A DNA stretch of 64,000 nt from Octopus sinensis. Taxonomy: Eukaryota. Below the pieces are notes generated by a model. The model did not search any database and was not told where the DNA came from. It saw only the letters and a program-made list of their open reading frames with translations. Position numbers and translations under genes: made by a program. Location: assembly GCF_006345805.1 (NCBI RefSeq), contig NC_042998.1:170438001-170502000 (forward strand), given 5' to 3'. Positions 61,811 through 64,000 of the stretch are shown one piece after another; the stretch's first letter is position 1; each line of letters starts with the position of its first letter.

Positions 61811-62299
61811 AAATCTTTGCAAGAAGGTGTGTAGATTGATTATATTATGTTGTCGCAGTTTTGTGAGATTTGGCTGTTATTTCTAGCATGTGGATAGCCT
61901 GCTTGAAGGCCTGAGGGTTTACTTTTACTCTCTTGACTCTTTTACTTGTTTCAATCATTTGACTGTGGCCATGCTGGATCACCGCCTTTAGTCAAGCAAA
62001 TCGACCCCAGGACTTATTTTTGTAAGCCTAGTACTTATTCTATCGGTCTCCTTTGCCGAACCACTAAGTTACGGGGACGTAAACACACCAGCATCGGTTG
62101 TCAAGCGACGTTGGTGGGGGGGGGGGCAAACACAGACACACACACATACATATATACAACAGGCTTCTTTCAGTTTCCGTCTACCAAATCCACTCACAAG
62201 GCTTTGGTCGGCCCCTATAGTAGAAGACACTTGCCCAAGGTTCCACGCAGTGTGACTGAACCCGGTTCGTAAGTAAGCTACTTACCACACAGCCACTCC

Positions 62300-62378
<79 letters not shown>

Positions 62379-63133
62379 TGTGTGTTTGTGTGTGTAAGTT
62401 TGTATGTATGTGTGCGTGTGAGAGAGAAAGTCGTGCATTGATGTGGAAGATTGTGACGACATACATATTTAAAAAAATTTTTCCTCATATCTATTTCGAG
62501 TGCGTACTTGACTGAGAGAGAGAGAGAATAATAGCGTAACGCATTTCTCTCTCTCTATCTCTCTCTCACACACCTTCTCTCTCGAAGTTATTTATAGAGA
62601 AGTGAACTTTCCCACTTTCACAAAAATAGTGTTTACGTATGTATATAAACAGGTAAGAAGTTTCCTGTTTCATTCACTCAAAAGCTTGTGTAAGCAGCCG
62701 GTACTCCGAAACTTCAGCATACTCTCGGACAAGTCTACTACTGTTTCTATATACCTCATAGTTTTGTGCAGTTTGTGAAAATTACAGTTGTTGCTTTCTT
62801 TCGTCTAAAATTTGTAAGAATTTTCTCTTGTGATTCTTATTTTCCTTTGTAATATTGTTTGCATAATGTAACCGGTTCATATAGATTCTTTTGGCATTAT
62901 CATGTATCGACCAGACTATCGGGTGTTGTTATACTTAACAATGGACTCTTCCACTTTTACCCAAATAGTTTTGCTAAATCATCTTCACATCGTTGGAGAA
63001 GTGTTCCAAGTGGCCGTTTCCGATCACTTGGATACCATTCGGCAACTGCACGGATCCACCTTGCGACATGCCCGGCCCTGCAGAACTTGTGTATTGTGCG
63101 ATCACGTCGGTCTCACCCCTCCGTTCGTTAAGG

Positions 63134-63200
63134 CAGTGCTACTCAAAGTGGTAGTCCGCGGACCGGTACCGGTCCGCGAGCCATCAATTGCGGATACTCG
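63134..63200 (+). mobile_element. hAT-Charlie-like element terminus
   Basis: CAGTGCTACTCAAAGTGGTAGTCCGCGGACC resembles MER5/Charlie-type ends. Matching opposite end not seen. Confidence 0.5.
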
Positions 63201-64000
63201 GCGAGTTTACAGAAAAGAAGCATTATAAAATGGATGGACAGTCACCCCACTCCACCCCACTCCACCCCACTAAACTGACCTTTCCGATTTTTTTTTTTTT
63301 GTCACCTGATTCCTATGTTTCCGATGACGGAGATTCCGAACATGCAAAAAACCACATTTTCAAAATTTTTAATCCCCCCCCCACCACCAAATTTTTAATT
63401 TTTAACATTGTTGAAAATTTCCTTTTCAATCTACATAGAAAAACTACGGAGATTAAGAATATGGGGTGGGGGAATTTAATTTCAAATTTTTTTAATGAAA
63501 AACTCCACACCTCATCCAGCTGTCTAAAAGTGAAAATGAACGGCTTGTTTAATCCGTTTCCGCATGCGTAGATTTATAGGGAAACAGCAACAGGACCATG
63601 GCATGTGAAGCCCTCACCACGAAACTCGATATGCTAAAAATAACAGCTAAATGTCTGGAGAATTTTTGTGTTTGTGTGTCAGCTTATCCAAAATGAACAG
63701 AGAAAGAAATACACAGAAATATATTTTACATACCTGTTGTATACGTCGGTTTGGGTTTTTTCACTTTAAATTTAAATCCATTTTCCTGAAAGTTATGAGG
63801 GAAAAATTGGATCTTGTAAATTTTCCGAAAGTCCTCTACCCACCCAACCCCCAGCCCCTGGCACGCAATTTTTTTGTCATGTTCGCTCTCTACACACTTT
63901 TTTTAAACCTAATAGGCTGGGGGGGGGGGGGGGTCCGTTAATAGGTCTTAAGTTTTATAATGACCAATTTTCCAAAACTCCCCTTCCACCCCATCTGAAA

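Noticed and set aside
62859-63228. 90-aa and 108-aa ORFs as protein-coding genes
   Set aside because: No recognisable family, higher GC explains the open frames, and one runs through a transposon terminus.

Overview
AT-rich animal genomic DNA, dense in microsatellites and transposons. It is most likely octopus (inferred from the SINE/LINE families and the microsatellite load, not from a database search). One well-supported protein-coding gene is present: a + strand inhibitor-of-apoptosis (IAP/BIRC) gene with six coding exons (15206-16223, 26488-26669, 28134-28236, 29440-29571, 30540-30689, 33039-33235). All intron phases are compatible, giving 1782 nt = 593 aa + stop. The protein has one degenerate plus three canonical BIR domains, a UBA and a C-terminal RING. 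Intron 1 holds a ~95% identical, still-open copy of the BIR2-BIR3 segment. The rest is mobile DNA: CR1, RTE, R4/Dong, CRE, Tx1 and Penelope-like remnants, mariner and hAT fossils, tRNA-derived SINEs, and several MITE families whose ends and target-site duplications can be read directly. The best leads are the 4-BIR IAP with its intronic BIR duplicate and possible RING-less splice form, GG-terminated MITEs with 8/9-bp TSDs and TTAGGG-like cores, two LINE-SINE shared 3' tails, and a 195-bp templated insertion. No rRNA, true tRNA or CRISPR array was found. I found no clearly new molecular system. All counts were made by eye. Coordinates of degraded repeats are approximate.
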